A stretch of DNA of 64,000 nucleotides from the NCBI RefSeq assembly GCF_001677475.2, contig NZ_CP015229.1, one strand, 5' to 3'. The notes below the pieces were generated by a model. That model worked only from the letters and a program-made list of their open reading frames with translations. It was not told the DNA's origin and did no database searches. Numbering within the stretch: position 1 is the first letter of the stretch; every line of letters begins with the position of its first letter. The position numbers were made by a program, and so were the translations under genes. This stretch comes from Escherichia coli (GTDB lineage: Bacteria > Pseudomonadota > Gammaproteobacteria > Enterobacterales > Enterobacteriaceae). This document shows positions 41,977-55,873 of the stretch, piece by piece.

Positions 41977-42810
41977 GTGAAAAAAACACAGCAAAAAGAA
42001 ATCGAAAATGTGACAAATATCACAGGTGTTCGTCAAATTGAGTTATGGCGGCGTGATGATTTACAACACCCACGGTTAGATGAGGTCGCGGAAGAAGTTC
42101 CCGTTGCGCTGGTCTACAACGGCATTTCGCATGTGGTGATGATGGCGTCGCCCAAAGACCTTGAGTACTTTGCGCTCGGTTTTTCGCTTTCCGAGGGGAT
42201 AATAGAAAGTCCGCGCGATATCTTCGGCATGGATGTCGTTCCTTCCTGTAATGGTCTTGAAGTACAAATTGAGCTTTCCAGCCGCCGCTTTATGGGGTTG
42301 AAGGAGCGCCGCCGGGCGCTGGCGGGACGTACGGGCTGTGGCGTATGCGGCGTGGAGCAACTTAATGACATCGGAAAACCGGTGCAGCCGCTACCGTTCA
42401 CCCAGACGTTTGATCTCAACAAACTGGATGATGCATTACGTCATCTCAATGATTTCCAGCCAGTGGGGCAACTGACTGGTTGTACTCACGCCGCCGCCTG
42501 GATGTTGCCATCTGGCGAACTGGTCGGCGGGCATGAAGACGTGGGTCGCCATGTGGCGCTGGATAAACTGCTGGGCCGCCGGGCGCAAGAAGGGGAAGGC
42601 TGGCAGCAAGGTGCGGTACTGGTTTCCAGTCGTGCCAGTTATGAAATGGTGCAAAAGTCGGCGATGTGCGGCGTAGAGATTTTGTTTGCGGTGTCTGCCG
42701 CGACCACGCTTGCTGTAGAAGTGGCTGAGCGTTGTAATCTGACGCTGGTAGGTTTTTGTAAACCAGGTCGGGCAACCGTTTATACCCATCCGCAGCGTTT
42801 GAGCAATTAA
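41977..42810 (+). CDS. fdhD: Formate dehydrogenase sulfurtransferase FdhD
   Basis: 277 aa, GTG start. Contains the GRTGCGVCG cysteine motif. Confidence 0.95.
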   Translation: MKKTQQKEIENVTNITGVRQIELWRRDDLQHPRLDEVAEEVPVALVYNGISHVVMMASPKDLEYFALGFSLSEGIIESPRDIFGMDVVPSCNGLEVQIELSSRRFMGLKERRRALAGRTGCGVCGVEQLNDIGKPVQPLPFTQTFDLNKLDDALRHLNDFQPVGQLTGCTHAAAWMLPSGELVGGHEDVGRHVALDKLLGRRAQEGEGWQQGAVLVSSRASYEMVQKSAMCGVEILFAVSAATTLAVEVAERCNLTLVGFCKPGRATVYTHPQRLSN

Positions 42811-42814
42811 TTAA

Positions 42815-42853
42815 AATAAGTCCTGCGATATATATTAAATTGCAGGACTTATT
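42815..42853 (+). terminator. Hairpin terminator after fdhD
   Basis: AATAAGTCCTGC / GCAGGACTTATT inverted repeat followed by CATTTTG. Confidence 0.65.
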
Positions 42854-42962
42854 CATTTTGTGAATTTTATTATTTTATTTATAAACAAAACGCGTGTAGT
42901 GGCGTTTTCTTTTTTCATTTATTATGTTCACTCTCTTATCTATATATTTATAAGGCAATTAA

Positions 42963-44018
42963 ATGAAAAGGAATTTATTATCTTCCGCTATTATAGTCGC
43001 CATCATGGCCCTCGGTCTGACGGGTTGTGATGATAAAAAAGCCGAAACAGAAACTCCCCCGCCCGCCAATAGTCAACCTGCCGCTCCAGCTCCTGAAGCG
43101 AAACCTACTGAAGCTCCCGTTGCAAAAGCAGAAGCTAAACCTGAAACGCCTGCGCAACCGGTGGTCGATGAACAAGCGGTTTTCGACGAAAAAATGGATG
43201 TCTATATTAAGTGCTACAACAAGTTACAGATCCCTGTACAGAGCAGTCTGGCGCGTTATGCTGACTGGCTGAAAGATTTTAAACAGGGGCCTACCGGTGA
43301 AGAGCGTACTGTTTATGGCATCTACGGCATTAGTGAATCCAGCCTATCTGAGTGTGAAAAAGGCGTAAAAAGTGCTGTGGCGTTAACGCCTGCGCTGCAA
43401 CCAATTGATGGCGTGGCGGTGAGTTATATCGATGCTGCCGTGGCGTTGGGTAATACCATTAACGAAATGGATAAATATTACACCCAGGAAAATTATAAAG
43501 ACGATGCGTTTGCGAAAGGGAAAACGCTGCACCAGACATTCTTAAAAAATCTGGAAGCCTTTGAACCTGTAGCAGAATCTTATCATGCGGCGATTCAGGA
43601 AATTAATGATAAGCGTCAGCTTGCGGAACTGAAAAATATTGAACAAAGAGAAGGGAAAACATTCCACTACTACTCTCTGGCAGTCATGATTTCAGCGAAA
43701 CAAATTAATAACCTGATATCGCAAGATAAGTTTGATGTTGATGCGGCAATGAAGAAAGTCTCTGAACTGGAAACGCTGGTGGCGCAGGCCAAAGAAGCGG
43801 ATAAAGGCGGTATGAATTTCTCGTTCATTAATTCGGCAGACCAGTATCAACTCGAGGCTAAAAAATATGTTCGCCGCGTCAGAGATAAAGTTCCGTACTC
43901 TGACTGGGATAAAGAGCAACTTCAGGATGCAAACACAAGCTGGATGGTCGACGACTCTTTCCCGAGAGCATTACGCGAGTACAACGAAATGGTCGATGAT
44001 TATAATCGCCTGCGTTAA
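42963..44018 (+). CDS. yiiG: Lipoprotein YiiG (DUF3829)
   Basis: 351 aa. Lipobox LGLTGC. Pro/Ala/Glu-rich linker. Confidence 0.9.
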   Translation: MKRNLLSSAIIVAIMALGLTGCDDKKAETETPPPANSQPAAPAPEAKPTEAPVAKAEAKPETPAQPVVDEQAVFDEKMDVYIKCYNKLQIPVQSSLARYADWLKDFKQGPTGEERTVYGIYGISESSLSECEKGVKSAVALTPALQPIDGVAVSYIDAAVALGNTINEMDKYYTQENYKDDAFAKGKTLHQTFLKNLEAFEPVAESYHAAIQEINDKRQLAELKNIEQREGKTFHYYSLAVMISAKQINNLISQDKFDVDAAMKKVSELETLVAQAKEADKGGMNFSFINSADQYQLEAKKYVRRVRDKVPYSDWDKEQLQDANTSWMVDDSFPRALREYNEMVDDYNRLR

Positions 44019-44045
44019 ACGTTTTTGTTTTTGCTGTGAAATACA

Positions 44046-44079
44046 AGGTCGGATGTGGCGTAAACGCCTTATCCGACCT
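44046..44079. repeat. REP element
   Basis: AGGTCGGATGTGGCGTAAACGCCTTATCCGACCT. Confidence 0.7.
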
Positions 44080-44119
44080 ACACGTCATTAAGCCGTGTCA
44101 GCTGTGGATCCGACAACAT

Positions 44120-44631
44120 TCACCCCTCGCGAAGTAACGCCATAAACCCTTCATACCCCGTTAGCCCGACAATAGTTTCCGCCGAATGCTGACACAGGAC
44201 GCTGGCAAGATAGCTGAATATTTTTAACTCGTGACGCGCATCGGCGGCGGCGCAGGCGATCAAGACATGGTTAATGACTTCGTTATTCACCTCAACTGGT
44301 TGGGCGAGGGTAATAAAAAATCCACGAAAACGTCGCTCCTGTTCGCTCCAGCAATTTCGCCATCGCTGGCTTTCCAGTCAATGGCCTGCGCTTTGCGGGC
44401 GAACAACACAAAGGGCTGTTTTACGCAGGCGCTTTTACCGTGCGGCACGGCGATGCCGGAACCAAATCCCGTGGAGTGCATTTTTTCGCGCAGCAGCAGG
44501 GTTTGCAGGAACTGGTGTTAGTCGGTGATAAAACCGTTTTGTAACGCCATTGTCGCCAACTGCTTCAGAATGGAATAAGCGCCATTGCCCTGAATATTCA
44601 GGTCAATACAGCTTGCAGTAAGAGCTGCCAT
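44120..44631 (-). pseudogene. frvA: Disrupted PTS EIIA gene: frvA 5' part carrying an in-frame TAA, joined out of frame to an EIIA-type 3' tail (possibly the frvR 3' end)
   Basis: MAALTASCIDLNIQGNGAYSILKQLATMALQNGFITD-TAA(44518-44520)-HQFLQTLLLREKMHSTGFGSGIAVPHGKSACVKQPFVLFARKAQAIDWKASDGE. The frame then ends at 44287. A different frame continues FFITLAQPVEVNNEVINHVLIACAAAADARHELKIFSYLASVL...LLREG* to 44120. Confidence 0.75.
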
Positions 44632-45108
44632 TAATCGAACTCCATGAAAAAATATTTCAGTTAATTGTAACGGCGGGGCGGGTTTGTGATGAGCGCGGAT
44701 ATGTCGTGAAGTCGTGACAATATAAAGCAGAGTGAAGGATAAATTTTGCGGGGTAAGGCACATAGTGATTGGTAAAATAAATGTTGTGAATAAAAATTAA
44801 TTCTTTAATGATTTTATGAATGTTTAACTGTCGCGGATATTTTGCTGCAACGTTATTTATATTTGTGGCTTATGAGTCAGCGTGAATCATATCTAATATT
44901 TTTTACGATATTTAGTTAAAAACGGCACTATTGTTATATTCCTCACGTTCCAGGAAATCAGCGGATTTACTCATATTATGCAGCGGGATACTATCCATCG
45001 GCCTGCTGAAGTTGGATTAAAAATTCGAAAGTGCACACCTTATATTTCTCTATATGCGTATTCCTTTTGGAAAGCGTAGGGTCTCTTTTATTTCAGGGAA
45101 CGTAAATA

Positions 45109-46503
45109 ATGAAAAAATCGACATTATCTTTAGCCATCGGTTTATTATTGGCATGTAGTACCGGAATGGCAAAAACACAGCATTTAACGCTGGAACAACG
45201 CATGGCATTGCTGGAAGAACGCCTGGAAGCGGCAGAAATGCGGGCAGCAAAAGCAGAGAGCCAGGTTAAACAGCTGCAGACACAACAAGCCGCTGAGATC
45301 CGCGAAATTAAGACTGCCCAGGGCAATACGCCGGTAAATGGACAGGCAACGGCGGAATCTGCAAAGAAAAATTCCACCTCACCTAATCTTTTGCTCTCAG
45401 GTTATGGCGATTTAAAAATCTACGGCGACGTAGAATTTAATATGGATGCGGAAAGTAATCATGGCCTGCTGGCAATGACCAACGCTGATGTGAATAGCGA
45501 TCCCACTAATGAACAGTGGAATCTCAATGGTCGTATTCTGTTAGGTTTTGATGGTATGCGAAAACTGGATAATGGTTATTTCGCCGGGTTCTCCGCACAA
45601 CCGCTGGGGGACATGCACGGTTCAGTAAATATCGATGATGCGGTATTCTTCTTTGGCAAAGAAAACGACTGGAAGGTCAAAGTAGGCCGTTTTGAAGCCT
45701 ACGATATGTTCCCGCTGAATCAGGATACCTTTGTTGAACATTCCGGTAATACTGCGAACGATCTTTATGACGATGGCAGCGGTTATATCTATATGATGAA
45801 AGAGGGCCGCGGGCGCTCTAACGCTGGCGGTAATTTCCTCGTCAGCAAACAACTTGATAACTGGTATTTTGAATTAAACACGTTACTTGAAGACGGAACA
45901 TCTTTATATAATGATGGTAATTATCATGGACGCGATATGGAGCAGCAGAAAAATGTTGCTTATCTGCGTCCGGTAATTGCCTGGTCGCCGACGGAAGAAT
46001 TCACCGTTTCCGCAGCGATGGAAGCGAACGTGGTAAATAATGCTTATGGTTATACCGATAGCAAGGGTAATTTTGTCGATCAGTCCGATCGTACCGGCTA
46101 TGGTATGAGCATGACCTGGAATGGCCTGAAAACGGATCCGGAAAATGGTGTCGTGGTTAATCTTAATACCGCCTATTTAGATGCTAATAATGAGAAAGAC
46201 TTCACTGCCGGGATTAACGCGCTGTGGAAACGTTTCGAGCTGGGTTATATCTACGCGCACAATAAGATTGATGAATTCAGCGGTGTAGTTTGTGATAACG
46301 ACTGCTGGATTGATGATGAAGGGACGTACACCATTCACACCATTCATGCGTCTTATCAGTTCGCTAATGTGATGGATATGGAGAACTTTAATATTTACCT
46401 CGGGACGTATTACTCCATTCTGGATAGCGACGGTGATAAAAAACACGGTGATGATACTGATGACCGTTACGGCGCACGCGTTCGCTTTAAATACTTCTTC
46501 TGA
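45109..46503 (+). CDS. Outer-membrane beta-barrel porin with N-terminal coiled-coil extension (carbohydrate-porin-like, ScrY/RafY/OprB style)
   Basis: 464 aa. Signal peptide MKKSTLSLAIGLLLACSTGMA. Heptad-like LEQRMALLEERLEAAEMRAAKAESQVKQLQ. Aromatic-rich alternating strands. Ends RVRFKYFF with a terminal Phe. Confidence 0.7.
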   Translation: MKKSTLSLAIGLLLACSTGMAKTQHLTLEQRMALLEERLEAAEMRAAKAESQVKQLQTQQAAEIREIKTAQGNTPVNGQATAESAKKNSTSPNLLLSGYGDLKIYGDVEFNMDAESNHGLLAMTNADVNSDPTNEQWNLNGRILLGFDGMRKLDNGYFAGFSAQPLGDMHGSVNIDDAVFFFGKENDWKVKVGRFEAYDMFPLNQDTFVEHSGNTANDLYDDGSGYIYMMKEGRGRSNAGGNFLVSKQLDNWYFELNTLLEDGTSLYNDGNYHGRDMEQQKNVAYLRPVIAWSPTEEFTVSAAMEANVVNNAYGYTDSKGNFVDQSDRTGYGMSMTWNGLKTDPENGVVVNLNTAYLDANNEKDFTAGINALWKRFELGYIYAHNKIDEFSGVVCDNDCWIDDEGTYTIHTIHASYQFANVMDMENFNIYLGTYYSILDSDGDKKHGDDTDDRYGARVRFKYFF

Positions 46504-46510
46504 TGAAGTC

Positions 46511-46537
46511 GCGGTGCTGGATATTTTCCGGCACCGC
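46511..46537. terminator. Bidirectional hairpin between the convergent porin gene and rhaM
   Basis: GCGGTGCTGGA-TATT-TTCCGGCACCGC, 10 of 11 arm positions complementary. Confidence 0.65.
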
Positions 46538-46543
46538 AACTCA

Positions 46544-46858
46544 TTAAGGCAGGTAAAACACTTCTTGCAGCTCGCTACTGACTGGGCTGTTATCCGGGTT
46601 AGCTGGCATAACGTCGGTCATATATTTCCACCAACGTTGGCAAACATCAGTACTGGCTACCGCATTCCACCGTTCTTCAGATTCAATCTCTACCGTGGCA
46701 AACAGCAGATTACGCGCTTTGTCGAGGTAAATGGTGTAGTTATGCGCACCGTGAGATTTCAACACTGCTTCCAGTTCCGGCCAGATGGGATTATGCCGAC
46801 GCTGATACTCTTCGTGGGCGTCGGGGTTAACCTGCATGACAAAGGCTTTGCGGATCAT
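46544..46858 (-). CDS. rhaM: L-rhamnose mutarotase
   Basis: 104 aa. [30 protein letters not shown]... Confidence 0.96.
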   Translation of the reverse strand: MIRKAFVMQVNPDAHEEYQRRHNPIWPELEAVLKSHGAHNYTIYLDKARNLLFATVEIESEERWNAVASTDVCQRWWKYMTDVMPANPDNSPVSSELQEVFYLP

Positions 46859-46867
46859 GTTTGCTCC

Positions 46868-47692
46868 TTACAGCGCCAGCGCACTGGCTAGTGGTGTAAC
46901 GCCGAAGCGCTTGCCGAGCGCTATCAACTCTTCACGGTTGATGGTCTGTTTCATGCCGCCCATCGAATAAACCTTCACTAATACTTGTGCTGATTTTTCT
47001 GCGGTGTCGATTAAACCGAATGTTTCATCCAGCGTCGGCCCGCTGCCGAAGACGCCGTGGAAGGGCCACAACACCAGCGAATGTTTTTGCATTTCTTGTG
47101 CGGTCGCCTGGCCGATTTCGTCCGTGCCGGGCACCATCCACGGCAGAATGCCAACGCCATCCGGGAACACTACCAGACACTCGGTGCTGCCTTCCCACAG
47201 TTGGCGAGTAAAGACCGCGGTGTCGTTTTCCAGTACGTAGGTAAGGGCGATCAGGTTGGTGGCGTGGCAGTGCATGATCACCCGATCTTTACCGTTGGTG
47301 GCTTTAATGCGCTCGCAGTGGGAAAGGAAGTGAGCCGGAAGTTCGGAAGTGGGGACGGCTTCGTTGGTTAATCCCCAGAGAATATGGTAGCCCGCGCCGT
47401 CGCTGTCGACTTTTACGACGCCTAAGTTAGCCGCAGGATCAAGCTGGACGTTACGGAAGAATTTGCCGGAGCCGGTGACAATAAACGGTGTATTTGCCAG
47501 TAAAGGCATGGGCTGGCTGAGCGGAATATAGCGTGGTTGTGGGTGGAAGTTGTCGTGATAAAGCGCGATATCGGCGTCATCCAGGCGCAGCGTCAGGTTG
47601 CCGCCGTTGCGCTCGTCCCAGCCTTTCAGCCAGGCATCGGTGGTGGCTTTGATCATTCCCTGGACAAACCAGGACTGGGTAATGTTTTGCAT
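46868..47692 (-). CDS. rhaD: Rhamnulose-1-phosphate aldolase
   Basis: Track ORF trimmed to [19 protein letters not shown]... (274 aa). Class II aldolase. Confidence 0.96.
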   Translation of the reverse strand: MQNITQSWFVQGMIKATTDAWLKGWDERNGGNLTLRLDDADIALYHDNFHPQPRYIPLSQPMPLLANTPFIVTGSGKFFRNVQLDPAANLGVVKVDSDGAGYHILWGLTNEAVPTSELPAHFLSHCERIKATNGKDRVIMHCHATNLIALTYVLENDTAVFTRQLWEGSTECLVVFPDGVGILPWMVPGTDEIGQATAQEMQKHSLVLWPFHGVFGSGPTLDETFGLIDTAEKSAQVLVKVYSMGGMKQTINREELIALGKRFGVTPLASALAL

Positions 47693-47735
47693 GTTCTGTG
47701 TTCCTGTAAATTCGGTGTTGTCAGATGCACGACCC

Positions 47736-47770
47736 GTAGGCCGGATAAGGCGCTCGCGCCGCATCCGGCA
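47736..47770. repeat. REP element between rhaA and rhaD
   Basis: GTAGGCCGGATAAGGCGCTCGCGCCGCATCCGGCA. Confidence 0.75.
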
Positions 47771-47774
47771 GTGT

Positions 47775-50787
<3,013 letters not shown>

Positions 50788-51624
50788 ATGGCCGTATTAC
50801 ATAGTGTGGATTTTTTTCCGTCTGGTAACGCGTCCGTGGCGATAGAACCCCGGCTCCCGCAAGCGGATTTTCCTGAACATCATCATGATTTTCATGAAAT
50901 TGTGATTGTTGAACATGGCACGGGTATTCATGTGTTTAATGGGCAGCCCTATACCATCACCGGTGGCACGGTCTGTTTTGTGCGCGACCATGATCGGCAT
51001 CTGTATGAACATACCGATAATCTGTGTCTGACCAATGTGCTATATCGCTCGCCGGATCGATTTCAGTTTCTCGCCGGGCTGAATCAGTTGCTGCCACAAG
51101 AGCAGGATGGGCAGTATCCGTCTCACTGGCGAGTTAACCACAGTGTATTGCAGCAGGTGCGACAGCTGGTTGCACAGATGGAACAGCAGGATGGGGAAAA
51201 TGATTTACCCTCGACCGCCAGTCGCGAGATCTTGTTTATGCAATTACTGCTCTTGCTGCGTAAAAGCAGTTTGCAGGAGAACCTGGAAAACAGCGCATCA
51301 CGTCTCAACTTGCTTCTGGCCTGGCTGGAGGACCATTTTGCCGATGAGGTGAATTGGGATGCTGTGGCGGATCAATTTTCTCTTTCGCTGCGTACGCTAC
51401 ATCGGCAGCTTAAGCAGCAAACGGGACTGACGCCTCAGCGTTACCTGAACCGCCTGCGACTGATGAAAGCCCGACATCTGCTACGCCACAGTGAGGCCAG
51501 CGTTACTGACATCGCCTATCATTGCGGATTCAGCGACAGTAACCACTTTTCGACGCTTTTTCGCCGAGAGTTTAACTGGTCTCCGCGTGATATTCGCCAG
51601 GGACGGGATGGCTTTCTGCAATAA
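50788..51624 (+). CDS. rhaS: AraC-family activator RhaS
   Basis: 278 aa. Cupin sensor domain plus a double HTH. Confidence 0.97.
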   Translation: MAVLHSVDFFPSGNASVAIEPRLPQADFPEHHHDFHEIVIVEHGTGIHVFNGQPYTITGGTVCFVRDHDRHLYEHTDNLCLTNVLYRSPDRFQFLAGLNQLLPQEQDGQYPSHWRVNHSVLQQVRQLVAQMEQQDGENDLPSTASREILFMQLLLLLRKSSLQENLENSASRLNLLLAWLEDHFADEVNWDAVADQFSLSLRTLHRQLKQQTGLTPQRYLNRLRLMKARHLLRHSEASVTDIAYHCGFSDSNHFSTLFRREFNWSPRDIRQGRDGFLQ

Positions 51625-52546
51625 CGCGAATCTTCTCAACGTATTTGTACGCCATATTGCGAATAATCAACTTCGTTCTCTGGCCGAGGTAGCCACGGTG
51701 GCGCATCAGTTAAAACTTCTCAAAGATGATTTTTTTGCCAGCGACCAGCAGGCAGTCGCTGTGGCTGACCGTTATCCGCAAGATGTCTTTGCCGAACATA
51801 CACATGATTTTTGTGAGCTGGTGATTGTCTGGCGCGGTAATGGTCTGCATGTACTCAACGATCGCCCTTATCGCATTACCCGTGGCGATCTCTTTTACAT
51901 TCATGCTGACGATAAACACTCCTACGCTTCCGTTAACGATCTGGTTTTGCAGAATATTATTTATTGCCCGGAGCGGCTGAAGCTGAATCTTGACTGGCAG
52001 GGGGCGATTCCGGGATTTAGTGCCAGCGCAGGGCAACCACACTGGCGCTTAGGTAGCGTGGGGATGGCGCAGGCGCGGCAGGTTATCGGTCAACTTGAGC
52101 ATGAAAGTAGTCAGCATGTGCCGTTTGCTAACGAAATGGCAGAGTTGCTGTTCGGGCAGTTGGTGATGTTGCTGAATCGCCATCGTTACACCAGCGATTC
52201 GTTGCCGCCAACATCCAGCGAAACATTGCTGGATAAGCTGATTACCCGGCTGGCGGCCAGCCTGAAAAGTCCCTTTGCGCTGGATAAATTTTGTGATGAG
52301 GCATCGTGCAGTGAGCGCGTTTTGCGTCAGCAATTTCGCCAGCAGACTGGCATGACCATCAATCAATATCTGCGGCAGGTCAGAGTGTGTCATGCGCAAT
52401 ATCTTCTCCAGCATAGCCGCCTGTTAATCAGTGATATTTCAACCGAATGTGGCTTTGAAGATAGTAACTATTTTTCGGTGGTGTTTACCCGGGAAACCGG
52501 GATGACGCCCAGCCAGTGGCGTCATCTCAATTCGCAGAAAGATTAA
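51608..52546 (+). CDS. rhaR: AraC-family activator RhaR
   Basis: Frame of track ORF 51491-52546. ATG 51608 gives 312 aa ([10 protein letters not shown]...). The alternative GTG 51698 gives the 282-aa form (MAHQLKLL...). Confidence 0.93.
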   Translation: MAFCNNANLLNVFVRHIANNQLRSLAEVATVAHQLKLLKDDFFASDQQAVAVADRYPQDVFAEHTHDFCELVIVWRGNGLHVLNDRPYRITRGDLFYIHADDKHSYASVNDLVLQNIIYCPERLKLNLDWQGAIPGFSASAGQPHWRLGSVGMAQARQVIGQLEHESSQHVPFANEMAELLFGQLVMLLNRHRYTSDSLPPTSSETLLDKLITRLAASLKSPFALDKFCDEASCSERVLRQQFRQQTGMTINQYLRQVRVCHAQYLLQHSRLLISDISTECGFEDSNYFSVVFTRETGMTPSQWRHLNSQKD

Positions 52547-53577
52547 TTCGCCATGCCCATGCCGACGATGTTGGCGGCGACAATAATCACCACACAACCG
52601 AGGCTCAACACCGTTACCGGACGGCGACCTGCATTGTTCCACTCTTTCAGCACCAACCCGACGATACCGCCGCACAATACATAGAAGCTCATATGCAGCA
52701 TCCAGCTGATGTAGTCATACTGCGCCGGAATACGCGCGTGGCCCCAGGCATAGAAAAAGAATTGTAGATACCACATCAACCCGCCCAGTGCTGAGAGTAA
52801 CACATTGTGAATGATCAGCGGTTTTGCCAGCGAGAAGTCGGCTTTTAGCGACAAATCCTTCATTTTTGCCAGACGAATAAAACAGAAACCGAGGTTGATG
52901 ATCGCGCCGCCGCCCATGATGACAACATAGCTTGGCAGAGCGACATACAGTGGATCGACGCCTAGTGCGACAGCGGCTTCATGCATCGGTTTTGCGGCGT
53001 TCATCGCAAAGGACATCCCGGCAGAGAAAATGCCGCACATCACCGCCAGCACCAGCCCTTTTTTCAGATTGAACTCTTCGGCTTTAATGCCCATCTTGCG
53101 CTCTTTCAACTGCCCGGCTCGAGTTACAATCCCTACGCCAATCAGCGCCACCAGAACGCCGAGCAACGTCATGCGTCCGCCTTCGGTATTAATCAGCACA
53201 TCGAAATTGCCGTTGATAATTGGCGTCATCAGCGTACCGACAATCAACGTAATGCCAATGGCGATGCCAATTCCCATCGACATGCCGAGATAACGCATGG
53301 TCAGGCCGTAGTTGATATTACCGATCCCCCACATAGCGCCGAACAGAAAAACAGGCAGCAGCGTAGAGAGACTAAACGAGCTGTAATACGCCCAGAAATT
53401 CGGCAGTAACAGGGCGCTGATGGCCCACGGCAGAATAATCCACGAAACAATCCCACCAACTGACCACATGGTTTCCCATGACCATTTTTTTACTTTTTTG
53501 AACGGAGCGTAAAAACAGGCTGCACTGGCCGCGCCGATCAAATGCCAAAATATCCCCATCGTAATCGCGTTACTCAT
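52543..53577 (-). CDS. rhaT: L-rhamnose:H+ symporter
   Basis: 344 aa, 10 TM helices. DMT-like. Confidence 0.96.
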   Translation of the reverse strand: MSNAITMGIFWHLIGAASAACFYAPFKKVKKWSWETMWSVGGIVSWIILPWAISALLLPNFWAYYSSFSLSTLLPVFLFGAMWGIGNINYGLTMRYLGMSMGIGIAIGITLIVGTLMTPIINGNFDVLINTEGGRMTLLGVLVALIGVGIVTRAGQLKERKMGIKAEEFNLKKGLVLAVMCGIFSAGMSFAMNAAKPMHEAAVALGVDPLYVALPSYVVIMGGGAIINLGFCFIRLAKMKDLSLKADFSLAKPLIIHNVLLSALGGLMWYLQFFFYAWGHARIPAQYDYISWMLHMSFYVLCGGIVGLVLKEWNNAGRRPVTVLSLGCVVIIVAANIVGMGMAN

Positions 53578-53768
53578 CTTCTTATCCTCATCATTTTTCG
53601 TCGCGTCACATCTCCGACGAGATGAGTGTAAAAATCGTGCTGTCGATTAACCTTTCGCCTGTTGCCGCCGTTGTCGATTTACTGGCAATCACGGCATTAA
53701 GTGGGTGATTTGCTTCACATCTCGGGCATTTTCCTGCAAAACCATACCCTTACGAAAAGTACGGCATT

Positions 53769-53787
53769 GATAATCATTTTCAATATC
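53769..53787. promoter_or_regulatory. Fur box in the sodA promoter
   Basis: GATAATCATTTTCAATATC resembles the GATAATGATAATCATTATC consensus. TATAAT at 53799-53804. Confidence 0.7.
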
Positions 53788-53861
53788 ATTTAATTAACTA
53801 TAATGAACCAACTGCTTACGCGGCATTAACAATCGGCCGCCCGACAATACTGGAGATGAAT

Positions 53862-54482
53862 ATGAGCTATACCCTGCCATCCCTGCCGTATGCTTACGAT
53901 GCCCTGGAACCGCACTTCGATAAGCAGACCATGGAAATCCACCACACCAAACACCATCAGACCTACGTCAACAACGCCAACGCGGCGCTGGAAAGCCTGC
54001 CAGAATTTGCCAACCTGCCGGTTGAAGAGCTGATCACCAAACTGGACCAGCTGCCAGCAGACAAGAAAACCGTACTGCGCAACAACGCTGGCGGTCACGC
54101 TAACCACAGCCTGTTCTGGAAAGGTCTGAAAAAAGACACCACCCTGCAGGGTGACCTGAAAGCGGCTATCGAACGTGACTTCGGCTCCGTTGATAACTTC
54201 AAAGCAGAATTTGAAAAAGCGGCAGCTTCCCGCTTTGGTTCCGGCTGGGCATGGCTGGTGCTGAAAGGCGATAAACTGGCGGTGGTTTCTACTGCTAACC
54301 AGGACTCCCCGCTGATGGGTGAAGCTATTTCTGGCGCTTCCGGCTTCCCGATTCTGGGCCTGGATGTGTGGGAACATGCTTACTACCTGAAATTCCAGAA
54401 CCGCCGTCCGGACTACATCAAAGAGTTCTGGAACGTGGTGAACTGGGACGAAGCAGCGGCACGTTTCGCGGCGAAAAAATAA
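53862..54482 (+). CDS. sodA: Manganese superoxide dismutase
   Basis: 206 aa from [20 protein letters not shown]. Metal ligands in HHTKHH and DVWEHAYY. Confidence 0.98.
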   Translation: MSYTLPSLPYAYDALEPHFDKQTMEIHHTKHHQTYVNNANAALESLPEFANLPVEELITKLDQLPADKKTVLRNNAGGHANHSLFWKGLKKDTTLQGDLKAAIERDFGSVDNFKAEFEKAAASRFGSGWAWLVLKGDKLAVVSTANQDSPLMGEAISGASGFPILGLDVWEHAYYLKFQNRRPDYIKEFWNVVNWDEAAARFAAKK

Positions 54483-54538
54483 TCATTTGCCGCCTGCTGC
54501 AATGAGGCGTTTACGCCGCATATCAGCTTAAAAAATGA

Positions 54539-54566
54539 ACCATCGCCAACGGCGGTGGTTTTTTTG
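54539..54566 (+). terminator. Rho-independent terminator after sodA
   Basis: ACCATCGCC-AAC-GGCGGTGGT followed by TTTTTTT. Confidence 0.8.
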
Positions 54567-54600
54567 TGATCAATTTCAAAATAAAAACAATAATCCGATA

Positions 54601-54622
54601 AAAATAAAACAGTGTTTCAATT
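54601..54622. promoter_or_regulatory. KdgR operator upstream of kdgT
   Basis: AAAATAAAACAGTGTTTCAATT fits the KdgR AAAACA-N-TGTTT dyad. Confidence 0.65.
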
Positions 54623-54741
54623 GATGTGGTTTTGATCACTTTTATTGATTAAATGAATGTCTATCTTCGTTTCCATCAACACTGATGCTCCATTGAGGAA
54701 TTACGCATCAGCCCTTAAAAATATGCCGACAGGTGATGGAA

Positions 54742-55725
54742 ATGCAGATAAAACGCTCGATTGAGAAAATCCCGGGGGGGATGATGCTCGTCCCGCTATT
54801 CCTTGGCGCACTGTGCCACACCTTCTCGCCGGAGGCGGGGAAATATTTTGGATCATTCACCAACGGGATGATTACCGGTACGGTGCCCATTCTGGCGGTG
54901 TGGTTTTTTTGCATGGGGGCGTCAATAAAATTAAGCGCGACGGGAACGGTATTGCGTAAATCCGGTACGCTGGTGGTAACAAAAATTGCCGTCGCGTGGG
55001 TGGTTGCGGCAATTGCCTCGCGCATTATTCCGGAACATGGTGTTGAAGTTGGATTCTTTGCCGGACTTTCAACGCTGGCGCTGGTGGCGGCGATGGATAT
55101 GACAAACGGCGGACTTTACGCTTCCATCATGCAGCAGTACGGCACAAAAGAAGAAGCTGGGGCATTTGTGTTGATGTCGTTGGAGTCCGGGCCGCTCATG
55201 ACGATGATTATTTTGGGCACTGCCGGGATTGCCTCGTTTGAACCGCATGTTTTCGTCGGCGCAGTATTACCGTTCCTGGTGGGCTTTGCCCTGGGGAACC
55301 TTGACCCTGAATTGCGAGAATTTTTCAGCAAAGCGGTGCAAACGCTGATTCCGTTCTTTGCCTTCGCGCTGGGCAATACCATTGATTTGACTGTGATTGC
55401 CCAGACAGGTTTGCTGGGGATCCTGTTGGGTGTGGCAGTAATCATCGTGACCGGTATTCCGTTGATTATCGCCGATAAATTGATTGGCGGTGGCGATGGT
55501 ACAGCCGGAATCGCGGCTTCCAGTTCCGCAGGGGCCGCGGTAGCGACACCTGTGCTGATTGCAGAAATGGTGCCTGCGTTTAAACCGATGGCTCCGGCAG
55601 CAACTTCGCTGGTAGCGACGGCGGTCATTGTGACTTCGATTCTGGTGCCAATTCTTACCTCTATCTGGTCACGTAAAGTCAAAGCCAGAGCGGCGAAAAT
55701 CGAAATTTTAGGTACGGTGAAATAA
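54742..55725 (+). CDS. kdgT: 2-keto-3-deoxygluconate permease
   Basis: 327 aa from [19 protein letters not shown]. Polytopic membrane protein. Confidence 0.95.
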   Translation: MQIKRSIEKIPGGMMLVPLFLGALCHTFSPEAGKYFGSFTNGMITGTVPILAVWFFCMGASIKLSATGTVLRKSGTLVVTKIAVAWVVAAIASRIIPEHGVEVGFFAGLSTLALVAAMDMTNGGLYASIMQQYGTKEEAGAFVLMSLESGPLMTMIILGTAGIASFEPHVFVGAVLPFLVGFALGNLDPELREFFSKAVQTLIPFFAFALGNTIDLTVIAQTGLLGILLGVAVIIVTGIPLIIADKLIGGGDGTAGIAASSSAGAAVATPVLIAEMVPAFKPMAPAATSLVATAVIVTSILVPILTSIWSRKVKARAAKIEILGTVK

Positions 55726-55873
55726 ACCTGCTTCCTTAATCTCCACAGCCGGATGAACTAACGTTCGTCCGGTTTGCTATTGAGTTCCTGCCTGGATACT
55801 TACCGCGAAAACAGCACGCCTGACATAAAATAAATATGGTCTAATGGGGAAATTTCTCGTGGAGAGGGAACAG

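Noticed and set aside
45050-45377. Minus-strand ORFs (66 and 94 aa) overlapping the porin gene start.
   Set aside because: They lie opposite the signal-peptide and coiled-coil coding region, have no motifs and have no RBS.
51491-51607. Extension of the rhaR frame into the rhaS 3' end.
   Set aside because: It is an open frame overlapping rhaS only. The accepted RhaR starts are at 51608 or 51698.
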